A stretch of DNA of 64,000 bases from Candidatus Latescibacterota bacterium (GCA_965116875.1 OZ220733.1:416001-480000); one strand, 5' to 3'; numbered from the stretch's first letter, positions 36,751 to 46,969 are shown. Translations and numbers: made by a program. The notes: generated from the sequence alone by a model not told the origin.

Positions 36751-36779
36751 AAGATACACCTTACAATCTACAATGTCAA
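36751..36779 (-). promoter_or_regulatory. Sigma70 promoter for the lipoprotein-LDT operon
   Basis: TTGACA-N17-TATCTT. Confidence 0.65.
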
Positions 36780-36817
36780 GCGATTTCTCCAGAAATTTCG
36801 CCGTTGCGCCTTCCACG

Positions 36818-36887
36818 CAGCCGGTTGAAAAAGCCCATCCGTACGACGGCCGTCCCTCGTCCGCAGAACGACTTTATCGACGGACTG
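36818..36887. mobile_element. MITE-like element family B, copy 1 (70 bp)
   Basis: CAGCCGGTTGAAAAAGCC ... GACTTTATCGACGGACTG imperfect terminal repeats; homologous to 46994-47073. Confidence 0.6.
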
Positions 36888-36993
36888 ATTGCGGTTGCGC
36901 GCCCACTGTGCTGACGTTATATTGACGGAGTTCCGGAATTCACCGGTACGCCCGCTCGACTGTGGATTCTGCCGAAGTGAACAGGAGGAATTT

Positions 36994-37230
36994 GTGGGTT
37001 TCGAAAATCAGCTGGGTGTGGCAGCGCTTGCCGTTCTTGGAGCGCTGCTTCTCCGATGGACCGGAGTACCCAATCGTTGGACGCCGGTAACGCCTCTGGT
37101 TCTGTCGATGCTGATTGTCGCGTGTTTCGGAGAGCTTGAGACCGCTGGCGACACATTCAGGATCGGTCTGGTCAGCGGGCTGTTCGCCAACGGATTCCTA
37201 TTCCTTCTTCTGGGCACCCGGAATGGATGA
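36994..37230 (+). CDS. Small membrane protein (78 aa), holin-like
   Basis: Strong AGGAGG RBS before GTG; 2-3 hydrophobic segments; GVPNRWTP..LVL..GLVSGLFANG pattern; overlaps the 3' end of the convergent gene by 33 bp. Confidence 0.45.
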   Translation: MGFENQLGVAALAVLGALLLRWTGVPNRWTPVTPLVLSMLIVACFGELETAGDTFRIGLVSGLFANGFLFLLLGTRNG

Positions 37231-38349
37231 TCTTATTCTCAGACGATTCAGGTCATCCAGAAGCTGCTTGGCGTCGAATACGACGGAATTTTTCGAGATG
37301 CGTTTTTCCTTGCGCACGTAGGCCTCGAGCGCTTCCCGGGCGTCATCGTGGCGGCCGTCTCGAAAGCAGGCCAGGCCCAGGTAAAAATAGGCGTCTGTCT
37401 GGAGCGAATCGGACCTGACCGCGTTTTGAAGATGCGAGATGGCGCTGTCGTAGTTGCGAATATTGAAGTATGACACCCCGAGTTTCAGATAGACCGAGGC
37501 ATCGTCGGCGCCGGCGTCAGCCGCTTTTCCATAGGTTTCGACGGCGGCCTTGTAATCCCCCCGGTTAAACGCGAGATTGCCCAGGCTGACGTACGCCTCG
37601 CCGTATTGCGGGTCGATCTCCAATGCCTTCAGGTAGGCGGCCCGCGCTTTCCCGAGTTTTCCTTCCTGCGCGTAGGCCATTCCCAGATTCCTGTAGATAT
37701 AGCGGCGCTCCGTGGCATCGGGCTGAAACCGAAGCGCCCGCTCGTAGATTTCAACGGCTTTGTCCGGCTTTCCGGTATATATATACGTAAGGCCCAGATT
37801 GAGATACGCGTCCGTAAATCTGTCATTGAGCTTGACGGCACGTTTGTACTCTGCAACTGCCTGATCCGCATATCCTTTATGGTAATATGCCAGCCCCATC
37901 AGGTTTCGCACGAAAGCCGAACCGGGTTTCAATTCCAGTGCGGCTTTGTATTGCGCCAGCGCCGCGTCGTAATTTCCTTTGTGATAGTGTGTTCTGCCCA
38001 GATCGACACGCGCATGAAAGATGCGGGAATCGGCCCTAACCGACCGCCTCAGATATTCCAGCCGTTCATCGGGTCGGGTCAGCAGACGCCCGTACAGGTA
38101 AAGACCCACGGCCGATCCGGGTCTGGCCTGCAGGCGTCTCAGATATTCGGTCAGCAACTCCCGACGGCGGTCCGCCCTGATCATCAGGTCCTGGTAGTGC
38201 ATATTCGCCTGGATATCCTCGGGCCGGACTTTGATCAGTCGGCGGAAATGGGCAATTTCGGCGTCACTCCCGACGACTTCAGCGCCCTGTACCGGGCTTC
38301 CGAGCCATCCGATGCCGAGTAGAGTCAGGTAGATCAGAATGGCGGACAC
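37198..38349 (-). CDS. Secreted multi-TPR protein (start uncertain)
   Basis: Hydrophobic leader followed by about 8 TPRs (AYLNLG, YRNLGMAY, AYVSLG, VYLKLG, AYFYLG). Confidence 0.8.
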   Translation of the reverse strand: MSAILIYLTLLGIGWLGSPVQGAEVVGSDAEIAHFRRLIKVRPEDIQANMHYQDLMIRADRRRELLTEYLRRLQARPGSAVGLYLYGRLLTRPDERLEYLRRSVRADSRIFHARVDLGRTHYHKGNYDAALAQYKAALELKPGSAFVRNLMGLAYYHKGYADQAVAEYKRAVKLNDRFTDAYLNLGLTYIYTGKPDKAVEIYERALRFQPDATERRYIYRNLGMAYAQEGKLGKARAAYLKALEIDPQYGEAYVSLGNLAFNRGDYKAAVETYGKAADAGADDASVYLKLGVSYFNIRNYDSAISHLQNAVRSDSLQTDAYFYLGLACFRDGRHDDAREALEAYVRKEKRISKNSVVFDAKQLLDDLNRLRIRSSIPGAQKKE

Positions 38350-38692
38350 GTACGCTCCGGGAGACAAAGGTCGAACGCAGGACGTCGCTTCGACAAAACC
38401 TGTTCGCAACCGGATACCGACGAAGTTACCGACCTGTGACGTGATTGCAATAAAGGCGGTCCAACAGCGGAATCCCCGGCCGTCCGCTGACAACGTGGCT
38501 CCGCAGGCGAGGAACGGCGTCCGACTACGTCAGCCGAGGCAGGGTATACTGTCGAATAAACCGGAGGGCGCCGGTATTCCGGGATGGCGGCGCGGCGCGA
38601 GCTGATGGCACGGGGCGGTGAATCCTGCCCGCCGGACCGTACATTGCGACAGAAGGATCCGTGTTCCGGCAATGGGGGAACCGGATCGCCGC

Positions 38693-39547
38693 TTATCTGT
38701 CTTTCTTCAGAAGGACTTTCAATGGTCGTTTGGGCTTATAGAGGTAGATCACGTCGGCGGGGGCGAGCATGGTATTGAATATGGCGATTTCGTCGATCTT
38801 GCCGGAATAGGCGTAGTTGTTGAACCGGATGGCCAATTCATCCATGTTCCAGGTAATGTCGCGTCGGATATTCTTCTTCCGTCCGATTTCCTCGCCGTCG
38901 ACGAAGAGGGCGTATTCGGCATCGGCGTTTCCACTGTTGATATTGGACCAGGTGACCACAACGTGGCGCCATTGGTCGGACTTCCAGTTGAGCCTGTCGT
39001 ACCTGATCGTCCAGTCTTTTACCAGTTCCTCTCCGACAGTCTGCGTCTTGTCAGGATAGCAGCCGAATCGGAGTGCGCTGGGCGGCCGATCCTTCCGGTT
39101 CTTGTCGAAGTCTACGAATATGACGGCGTCGTCCCACTTCTTTCCCACCGAGAATGGCTCGGGAAACTTCTCCTTGAAGTCGCTGTTGGGATCTACGCTC
39201 AACCAGAAAGAAACGCCGCCGGACCAGGAGCTTCCGGCGTCGTACGGAAAGTTGCCTTTCGCCTGATAGCTGAGAAACGTCGCTCCGTTTGCGAATGAAA
39301 CGAAACCGTCCTCCTTCCCGCCGGTGAACTCATGCCGGGGCGGGCTGCTCGTTTCCATTGCAGCGACCGTGCCCTTTTTTTTCGTAAACGCCTCAAACCG
39401 GGATCTGTCGTCAAAGTTGGCGAAGAAGAGTACATTCGCCGCGAGCTTTTCCTCGATGATCTTTTCCGGACCGCCGCAGGAAGAAAGACAGAGTGCGGCA
39501 ACTGCGGTTGCGATCAGGTGCAGGAGGCGGGGAGCGCACCGGGTCAT
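38693..39547 (-). CDS. LamG-like jellyroll lipoprotein
   Basis: Lipobox LSSC; VSFWL, WRHVVVTW, LFVDG, YSGKIDEIAIFN..L. Confidence 0.8.
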   Translation of the reverse strand: MTRCAPRLLHLIATAVAALCLSSCGGPEKIIEEKLAANVLFFANFDDRSRFEAFTKKKGTVAAMETSSPPRHEFTGGKEDGFVSFANGATFLSYQAKGNFPYDAGSSWSGGVSFWLSVDPNSDFKEKFPEPFSVGKKWDDAVIFVDFDKNRKDRPPSALRFGCYPDKTQTVGEELVKDWTIRYDRLNWKSDQWRHVVVTWSNINSGNADAEYALFVDGEEIGRKKNIRRDITWNMDELAIRFNNYAYSGKIDEIAIFNTMLAPADVIYLYKPKRPLKVLLKKDR

Positions 39548-39873
39548 AAGTCACGTCTCCTTTCGGGAGAGGATAGGAACGATGAACCCGTTCGACTTGC
39601 CGTAACAAAGGGTCACCAATATAAAAAATGCGTGTTCGGGCGCAAGGGGTTTTTCTCGTTTCCGTTCTTCGGAGACGGTTTTCGGAAGCCGCGAAGGCCA
39701 GAAAAATCAGATGATTAGAGCAATGGAAAATGCCTTGACAACGGTTTTCTTATTTGTTATATCCAAATTTTGTGAATTGCCCTGGACGGCCGGATTTTTG
39801 AACGAATCCTTCGGTCAACGGCGGATGGTTTCGGCGATCGTCCGCAATGCGGTCCGCACCGGTCCCGGGCTCG

Positions 39874-39923
39874 GAAGCTGTCTTGAAATTCCCAGCGGCC
39901 TTCGCATGGCTGCAGAAGCGCCG
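39874..39923. mobile_element. MITE-like element family A, truncated left end
   Basis: GAAGCTGTCTTGAAATTCCCAGCGGCCTTCGCATGGCTGCAGAAGCGCCG matches the first ~50 bp of copies 1 and 2. Confidence 0.7.
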
Positions 39924-40033
39924 TTGTGCATAAACGTGATGCAACCCCCGGCAGGGTCGCTGCGGGGTTCTTTGCCATGACTCGTCGACAGGGCTGAGCC
40001 GCCCTGGCATTATACAAGATTCAGGAGTTGAAA

Positions 40034-43000
40034 ATGCTGCGCAAACTCGGCGGCGTGATCCTTTGGCTGATCGCGATCTTTATGCTTTCGTCGGTTACCG
40101 TGTTCAATCCGGGACAGGTAACCGACTTTTTCGTTCGTGTATTCAATATCAGGCCGAGCGTGCCCCAGTTGCGTGAGGAAAGACCCTCCCTGAGGGACCG
40201 GCGCATCCAGGATTTCGCCAATCAGATCTCGGAGGATCGACTTCGGGAAACCGTATCCGCTCTGGCGGGGATGGGATCCCGCGTGCCAGGGTATCCGGGG
40301 CACAGGAAGGCCTTCGAATACGTCAGGAACCGTTTCGAAGTTCTGGGCCTGGAAGATATAACGGTCGAGGAACACCACGTTACGGTGCCGATCGACAAGG
40401 GCGCGACCCTGAAGGTCCAGGAGACCGGCGTCGCAATCCGGCTGTACGGACTCTGGCCCAATCATGTGCAGACGTCTTCCCTGCCCGATCAGGGCGTTAC
40501 CGGCGCGTTGATCGACGCGGGAGACGGCTCCTTCAAGGCGCTGAATTCGAAGCCGATGAAGAACAGCATCGCGTTGATGCAATTCGATTGCGGTCAGAAC
40601 TATCTCAATCCCCGCATGCTGGGCGCGCAGGCCATCATTTTCTACGATAACGGCGGCGTGAGCAGAGGACAGGCACTGGAGAAAATCCTCCAGGTACCGG
40701 TTGACGTACCGAGGTTCTGGGTGGAAAAAGACGACGCGGTGCGTCTTGCGGAACTGGCGGAGTCCGGCGCCACGCTCGTTAACGTTACGTCGAGAATGGA
40801 TTGGGAAAAGGTCCCCACCTGGAACGTCCACGCCACCCTGCCCGGCTCCGAAGATTACGTCACCGAGCGTGAAGAGCGGAAGTGGAAGGACGAGATGGTT
40901 GTCCTGAGTTCATTCTACGACGCCATCTCCGTCGTGCCGGCACTGGCCCCCGGCGCGGAGAACGCCACGGGGCTGGCCGCCCTTTTGGAAGTCGCGGCAG
41001 CGTTGAAAGATCAATCCTGGCTGGTCGATTCCTCCCGGCTTGCGCAACTGCCGAGGTATACGGTCAAATTCCTGGTGACGGGCGCCCATTTCCAGGGGCT
41101 GGCCGGCATCAACGATTTTCTTTTCCGGCACTCTCGGGAAAGCGACCACTTCCGTGAGAAGATACCGGACGAGGAGAAAATCGATTTCCGCCTGTACGTC
41201 GGGTTCGACCTGTCGAGCGAAACGGACCGGATCGCGAGTTTCTCACACGGTACGTTTATCAATCCGAACTGGTCTACCAACAATTACGAAAACAACCTGC
41301 TGGCGCCCTATGCGAAGAAATTCAACAAATACCTGGCCAAAGTCTATCCCGGCGAGGAACGCCACGTCGACGCCGTTGCGCCGCCGAAGAGGACCTGGAA
41401 GAACTACATGCCCATCAGGCTGGGATTCGACAGCGAAGCGGTCAAATTCGTCGGCAAGGAGGGAATTACGCTTGCGAGCCCGTCCACAACGCGCGAGAGG
41501 GTGGATACGCCCGCGGACCGGCTGGATCACGTCAACTTCAACAATCTTGCCCACCAGACGCGCACAGCAACGGGCATGCTGCTGAAAGCTCTGGAAGATC
41601 CCGAGTTCTTCAGGGTGTCCAAACTCAAGCTGCAGGATCTCGGGCACAGTATGAAGGGTCGAATCCTCTGGTTCGAACGGGATGCCGATTTCGCAATTCC
41701 ACGCGTACCCGTTCCGGGGGCCATCGTCACGTATCAACAGCCCGGACCGGTTGCGAGTTGCGGCGGAGTCCGCACCCTTATTGTGGACAAGACCACGGAA
41801 GGTCCCAGGTACGTAAGCGATCGCTCCACAGGGCCCTTGTTTGGCACAAAAGAGGAAGTGGATGCCACCGGCAGGTTCCGGTTCGATATCATGCGCAACC
41901 GGTTTACGAATCAGATACTGGCGTTTGAAATCGACGACAATGGCCGAATCATCTCGGCGCCGGACCTGGGCACGGAGGGCGAAGAGAAGTTCCCGACCAG
42001 GCAGGGCTACGGATGGTGGGAAAACGAGATGCTGGCGGTCCTTTTCAAGTGCCGGTCTCTCAGCGTGTTTGAAATCATCGATTCCAGCTACCTTTCCGCC
42101 CTCGATTTCATGACCGTGTTGAATGCGGGCGATTCACAGCCGATGGAATACGGTTATTACTATATTGAAAATCAGAGTATCAAAGAGGGCGACGTCACGC
42201 GGGCTGCGGTCGCGTTTACCGCCATGAACCCCACGACCGGGAGTCCCGATCCCATCAAGATTCTGATGAGTACGGGCCTTTTCGGCGTGAAATACCTGTT
42301 GACCAACGCACCTGAGGAGTTGCTGGAACAACCGGTGGACAAGTGGGAGGTGGACGACGAATTGCTGGAGCGGTCCCGGGGCGCGGGTTATCCGCCGGGC
42401 GTGATTCTTTACCCGTCCTACAAGGCCGCCAAGGATATGTGGGTGGTCGACGACATCCGGATGAAGCAGCTTGCCCAGTACGGAATCACGAACGCGCGGC
42501 TGGAGAAGCTGCACACGCACGCGGCGGACGCTTTGAAGCGGGCGCGGGAGAATCTGGCCGACTACGACTACGAAGGGTTTATCGCCGCGTCCAGAGAGGC
42601 GTGGGGTCTGGAAGCGCGCGGGTACCCCGAAGTCATGTCCACTGCAAACGACACGGTACGCGGGATAATCTTCTATTTCATTCTCCTGCTTCCGTTCTCC
42701 TTCTTCTGCGAGCGGCTGCTTTTCGGATTCCCGGATATCACCCGCCGTCTGGTCGGCTTTGCAGGAATCTTCGTACTGTTTTTCATCATCCTTCGATACG
42801 TGCATCCGGCCTTCAAGCTGAGCAGCACGCCCTACATAATCTTCCTGGCATTTGTGATCATGTCGCTTGGCGGCATTGCGATGTTCATTGTCGTTTCCAA
42901 GTTCGGCGAGGAAGTCAGGAAAATGAAACAGGCCTCCGCGGGCACGTACGAGGCGGACGTGGGACGGTTGAGCGCGACTGCCGCATCCATCATCCTGGGC

Positions 43001-44830
43001 ATTTCCAATCTGCGAAAACGACCTCTCCGCACGGGACTGACTGCGATTACCCTGACGTTGCTTACGTTCACGGCCCTTTCGTTTACATCGGTGCAGACGT
43101 CCATCAAATTCTATCGATTGCCGAGGGATAACCAACCGCCGTACCAGGGCGGCCTGGTACGGGATCGATCCTGGAGAGGATTGCAGGAATCCGTGCTTCA
43201 ATACCTGACCAGCGCATTCAAGGGCCGTGCGACCATCGTTCCACGCGCATGGTATCTTTCGCAGGTTCGCGGGGAACGGGCATACGTCAATTTTTCGCGG
43301 ATCACGGACCAGACTTCCTACCTGGGTTCAAGGGATACCTACGTCGATTTTGACGTTGGTATCACCACCGGAAAAGACAGCTTTGTCAACGGCTTGCTGG
43401 GACTCACGGCGGACGAACCCCGAATTACCGGCGTGGACCGATACCTGATGAGCGGACGATGGTTCGAACCCGGAGAGACGAATGTGTGCATTCTCCCGAA
43501 CGATCTCGCGGAACTGGTGGGTATCTTCCCGGAAGACGCCGGGAGTGCGAAGATCGAAATGCTGGGTGGCGTCTTCACCGTGATCGGAATCATGGACTCC
43601 GAGGGATTCAACAAATACAAGGATATGGACGACGAAAAGCTCACGCCGGTTGATACCGTAAAGGAGAAGGACGACCTGGCAGACGCCCAGGACCAGGATC
43701 CGAGGGTTGTCGCAGCGGCGCCGATCGAGACGTTCACGCACCTGGAATCGACCAACGTGATGATCCTGCCTTATGACTACGTCCGCAATATCGGTGGCAC
43801 TCTGAACTCCGTCGCCCTGGCGAACTTCGTGGATGCCCAGGGCAATGCCAGGACGAACTTCCTGCCGGACGTCGAAGAATTCATGACGCGGGTATCCCTG
43901 ACGATGTTCGTGGGCCACGAAAACAAAGTCACGGTTTACAGTTCCATCGGTTCGACCTCTCTATCGGGATTGGGCACGCTCTTCATTCCCATTCTGATTG
44001 CCGCGCTGATCGTGCTGAATACGATGATGGGCGCGGTGTACGAGCGGTTCAACGAAATCGGGATATACTCGGCGGTGGGGCTGGCGCCCAATCACATTGC
44101 GGCGCTGTTTCTGGCTGAGGCGACGGTATTCGCCACGGTAGGCGCCGTGTTCGGATATCTGATCGGACAGGTACTGGTTCTTGTGCTGTTTACCCAAGCG
44201 CAAGCGCAGGGACAACTGCTCAGCCTTGAATTGAACTATTCTTCGTTATCGGCCATTTCGTCCACATTGATTGTCATGGCAACGGTATTCCTCTCCACCC
44301 TGTACCCTGCAAAAAAGGCCGCCGATATGGCTGTGCCGGACGTGACGCGAAAGTGGGAGTTTCCGGAACCCGAGGGCGACAGATGGGTGTTCGATTTTCC
44401 GTTTACGGTTGGCGGCGCGGAAGTCCTGGGAATGTACACGTATCTGACACGTGTCTTCGAGTCATACGGCGAAGGATCCGTGGGCGATTTCGTGGCCGAC
44501 TACGTCCGTTTCACCTCACAGGACATGCAGGGTGAACCGCAGTACGAAATCAATCTCACGTGCTGGCTTGCGCCCTACGACCTGGGCATCAGCCAGGAGG
44601 TGGCATTGCTTGCCATTCCAACCAGGGAACACAATATTTACAAGATCGAGGTCGTCATCAACCGGCTGAGCGGTGACGTGGCCTCCTGGAAACGGATTAA
44701 CCGGGGGTTCCTGAACGTCCTCCGGAAGCGATTCCTGGTCTGGCGAACCATTCCACCCGAGTTGAAGCACCAGTATGCGGACGAGGGCGCCCGCATTCTG
44801 TCGGACAAGGTGGAAGAGGCGGTTGTATAG
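40034..44830 (+). CDS. Giant M28-peptidase-like / MacB-FtsX permease fusion membrane protein (about 1600 aa)
   Basis: SRVPGYPG, PA-like insert, FYD..PGAEN.TGLAALL (M28-like); central TM block; NLRKRPLRTGLT, GRWF, VIGI, NTMMGAVYERFNEIGIYSAVGL, LYPAKKAA (FtsX). Confidence 0.8.
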   Translation: MLRKLGGVILWLIAIFMLSSVTVFNPGQVTDFFVRVFNIRPSVPQLREERPSLRDRRIQDFANQISEDRLRETVSALAGMGSRVPGYPGHRKAFEYVRNRFEVLGLEDITVEEHHVTVPIDKGATLKVQETGVAIRLYGLWPNHVQTSSLPDQGVTGALIDAGDGSFKALNSKPMKNSIALMQFDCGQNYLNPRMLGAQAIIFYDNGGVSRGQALEKILQVPVDVPRFWVEKDDAVRLAELAESGATLVNVTSRMDWEKVPTWNVHATLPGSEDYVTEREERKWKDEMVVLSSFYDAISVVPALAPGAENATGLAALLEVAAALKDQSWLVDSSRLAQLPRYTVKFLVTGAHFQGLAGINDFLFRHSRESDHFREKIPDEEKIDFRLYVGFDLSSETDRIASFSHGTFINPNWSTNNYENNLLAPYAKKFNKYLAKVYPGEERHVDAVAPPKRTWKNYMPIRLGFDSEAVKFVGKEGITLASPSTTRERVDTPADRLDHVNFNNLAHQTRTATGMLLKALEDPEFFRVSKLKLQDLGHSMKGRILWFERDADFAIPRVPVPGAIVTYQQPGPVASCGGVRTLIVDKTTEGPRYVSDRSTGPLFGTKEEVDATGRFRFDIMRNRFTNQILAFEIDDNGRIISAPDLGTEGEEKFPTRQGYGWWENEMLAVLFKCRSLSVFEIIDSSYLSALDFMTVLNAGDSQPMEYGYYYIENQSIKEGDVTRAAVAFTAMNPTTGSPDPIKILMSTGLFGVKYLLTNAPEELLEQPVDKWEVDDELLERSRGAGYPPGVILYPSYKAAKDMWVVDDIRMKQLAQYGITNARLEKLHTHAADALKRARENLADYDYEGFIAASREAWGLEARGYPEVMSTANDTVRGIIFYFILLLPFSFFCERLLFGFPDITRRLVGFAGIFVLFFIILRYVHPAFKLSSTPYIIFLAFVIMSLGGIAMFIVVSKFGEEVRKMKQASAGTYEADVGRLSATAASIILGISNLRKRPLRTGLTAITLTLLTFTALSFTSVQTSIKFYRLPRDNQPPYQGGLVRDRSWRGLQESVLQYLTSAFKGRATIVPRAWYLSQVRGERAYVNFSRITDQTSYLGSRDTYVDFDVGITTGKDSFVNGLLGLTADEPRITGVDRYLMSGRWFEPGETNVCILPNDLAELVGIFPEDAGSAKIEMLGGVFTVIGIMDSEGFNKYKDMDDEKLTPVDTVKEKDDLADAQDQDPRVVAAAPIETFTHLESTNVMILPYDYVRNIGGTLNSVALANFVDAQGNARTNFLPDVEEFMTRVSLTMFVGHENKVTVYSSIGSTSLSGLGTLFIPILIAALIVLNTMMGAVYERFNEIGIYSAVGLAPNHIAALFLAEATVFATVGAVFGYLIGQVLVLVLFTQAQAQGQLLSLELNYSSLSAISSTLIVMATVFLSTLYPAKKAADMAVPDVTRKWEFPEPEGDRWVFDFPFTVGGAEVLGMYTYLTRVFESYGEGSVGDFVADYVRFTSQDMQGEPQYEINLTCWLAPYDLGISQEVALLAIPTREHNIYKIEVVINRLSGDVASWKRINRGFLNVLRKRFLVWRTIPPELKHQYADEGARILSDKVEEAVV

Positions 44831-44920
44831 GCAGGCACTAAGCCAACCGGATCGACGGCGACCGGCGGGCTGACCCGCAACCCGCGAGTGACTCACTGCT
44901 CCCAACGAGGAGAGGCAGTT

Positions 44921-46969
44921 TTGGCAATCGAACCCAAGGATCCCAGGGAAGACCAGGAACAGTACGAAAACATCATGCCGGTGGACGCGCCGTTCGAAGA
45001 TGGCTTCAATATGAAGACCTTGTGGGCGACGCTCTTCGTGGGTCTGGTGATGCTGCCCGGCGCCATCTATCTCGGGCTGGTTACCGGGCAGAACATGGCG
45101 GGCGCGTCCGAATGGGTGACCATCATCCTGTTCCTGGAAATCGCCAAGAGATCCTTCGTGCGGCTGAAGACCCAGGAAGTCCTGGTCATCTACTGGGTTG
45201 CCGGCGGATTGCTGGGCGTGGGCGTTCGACTGGGCAGCGCGGCACTGGTGTACGGGGGTCCGTTCGGCGGATTGATCTGGGATCAATATCTTATCCAGTC
45301 TCCCGCGGCGAGGGGGCTCGCGGATTTCATCCCTGACTGGGTGGTGCCCAGAATCAGCGAACATCCCGAGATTTACGCCGAACGTACGTTTCTGCACGCC
45401 GCATGGTTGAAGCCGATCGGCATCCTCGTTGCATTGACGCTGCTTAGCAATACCGCGAGACTGTCGCTTGGGTACGTGATGTTTCGAATTACCAGCGACA
45501 TCGAACGGTTGCCGTTTCCGCTGGCGCCCGTGCAGGCACGCGGGGCAACCGCGCTCGCCGAGACGTCGGCCAAGCAGGAAGGCTGGAGATGGCGGGTATT
45601 CAGTACCGGAGCGTGCATCGGACTGGTCTGGGGCCTTCTGTACGTTGTCGTCCCCACTCTTTCCAGTATTTTCCTGACCGATACGGTTCAGATCCTGCCC
45701 ATTCCCTGGATCGATTTCACGGAACAGATCAAGACCATCCTGCCTGCGGCGCTGTTTGGAATTGCGACCGACCTGGGCCACCTGATCGTCGGGTTCGTGT
45801 TGCCGTTCTGGGTGGTCATCGGATCTTTCGCCGGCGCCGTTCTGGGGAACCTGGTCGTAAACCCGTTCCTTTACAGATGGGAAATCCTGGACCGCTGGTC
45901 CGCGGGCATGACGGCGATCCCGACGTCGATCTCCAACCAGTTCGACTTCTGGCTGAGTTTTGGAATCGGCACGTCTTTCGTCATCGCGTTCACCGGATTC
46001 TACCAGGTGTTTCGGGTGCTTATGGAGCAACGCCGCCAGAAACAGCAGACAGGGCATCATACGTCCGGCATTGACCTCGAGGACCTGCCGGAGGGCCGCT
46101 CGGACATAAAGATGGTCTACCCGATTCTGTTCTGGGGCGCCGCCACGTTGGGCTTTATCGTTATGTGCCAGATGCTTGTTCCGGAATTCCACTGGGGCTG
46201 GGTGGTGTTTTTCGGGCTCATCTACACCCCGATTTCCTCCTATATCGGCGCTCGAATGATCGGTCTGACCGGAAGTCCGTACGGGGCGAGTATTCCCTAT
46301 CTGCGTGAAGCGGGCATTCTTCTCTCCGGATACAAGGGGGTGGCGGTCTGGTTCGCTCCCCTGCCACTGCACGACCACGGCCTTGCCGTTCCAACGTATA
46401 AACAGATGGAGCTGACAAAAACGAAATTCGTCAGCTACGTGAAATTGACCGCGGTGACCATGGTCGTCATCTTCATCTTCAGCTTCATCTTCTGGGAATT
46501 CATCTGGCGGCTCGGCCCCATTCCGTCGTCGAGTTATTACTATGTGCAGACGTTCTGGCCGTACGACGCCACAATGACCACGATGTGGCTCAAGTCGACG
46601 ATGCCGGACCTCGAAGGGCATGGAACCGTCGGCGTCGAACTCCTGAAGGATATCATCAAGCCCCATATCATCGGCGCAGGATTTGCCGTTGGCGGTCTCA
46701 TGTATCTCATTCTGGCGGCGTTGAAGGCGCCCACGCTGTTCTTCTTCGGTTTTGTCGGCTCGCTTGCCACGTGGCCGCATTTCGTGATTCTGCAGTTTGC
46801 CGGTGCGCTGCTTGGACGTTACTACTTCTCCAGGCGTTTCGGGGAATCCAAATGGCGGGCGTACGCGCCCATTCTGCTGGCCGGATACTACTGTGGAATG
46901 GGGCTCATCGGAATGACTTCGGTTTCCGTTGTGCTGATTTCAAAAGCCGTTTCGCAGGTTGTCTTCTAG
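44921..46969 (+). CDS. OPT-family-like oligopeptide transporter
   Basis: TTG start with GAGGAG RBS; more than 14 TM segments; PGAIYLGL..G, ERLPFPLAPV..G..ALAE, IWRLGPIPS..Y. Confidence 0.7.
   Translation: MAIEPKDPREDQEQYENIMPVDAPFEDGFNMKTLWATLFVGLVMLPGAIYLGLVTGQNMAGASEWVTIILFLEIAKRSFVRLKTQEVLVIYWVAGGLLGVGVRLGSAALVYGGPFGGLIWDQYLIQSPAARGLADFIPDWVVPRISEHPEIYAERTFLHAAWLKPIGILVALTLLSNTARLSLGYVMFRITSDIERLPFPLAPVQARGATALAETSAKQEGWRWRVFSTGACIGLVWGLLYVVVPTLSSIFLTDTVQILPIPWIDFTEQIKTILPAALFGIATDLGHLIVGFVLPFWVVIGSFAGAVLGNLVVNPFLYRWEILDRWSAGMTAIPTSISNQFDFWLSFGIGTSFVIAFTGFYQVFRVLMEQRRQKQQTGHHTSGIDLEDLPEGRSDIKMVYPILFWGAATLGFIVMCQMLVPEFHWGWVVFFGLIYTPISSYIGARMIGLTGSPYGASIPYLREAGILLSGYKGVAVWFAPLPLHDHGLAVPTYKQMELTKTKFVSYVKLTAVTMVVIFIFSFIFWEFIWRLGPIPSSSYYYVQTFWPYDATMTTMWLKSTMPDLEGHGTVGVELLKDIIKPHIIGAGFAVGGLMYLILAALKAPTLFFFGFVGSLATWPHFVILQFAGALLGRYYFSRRFGESKWRAYAPILLAGYYCGMGLIGMTSVSVVLISKAVSQVVF

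Noticed and set aside
38350-38690. Intergenic region as structured RNA
   Set aside because: Only a terminator-like hairpin near 38655-38688; no tRNA or riboswitch motif recognised.
44516-46780. 754-aa minus-strand ORF
   Set aside because: Antisense to the OPT-like transporter; no recognisable domain.
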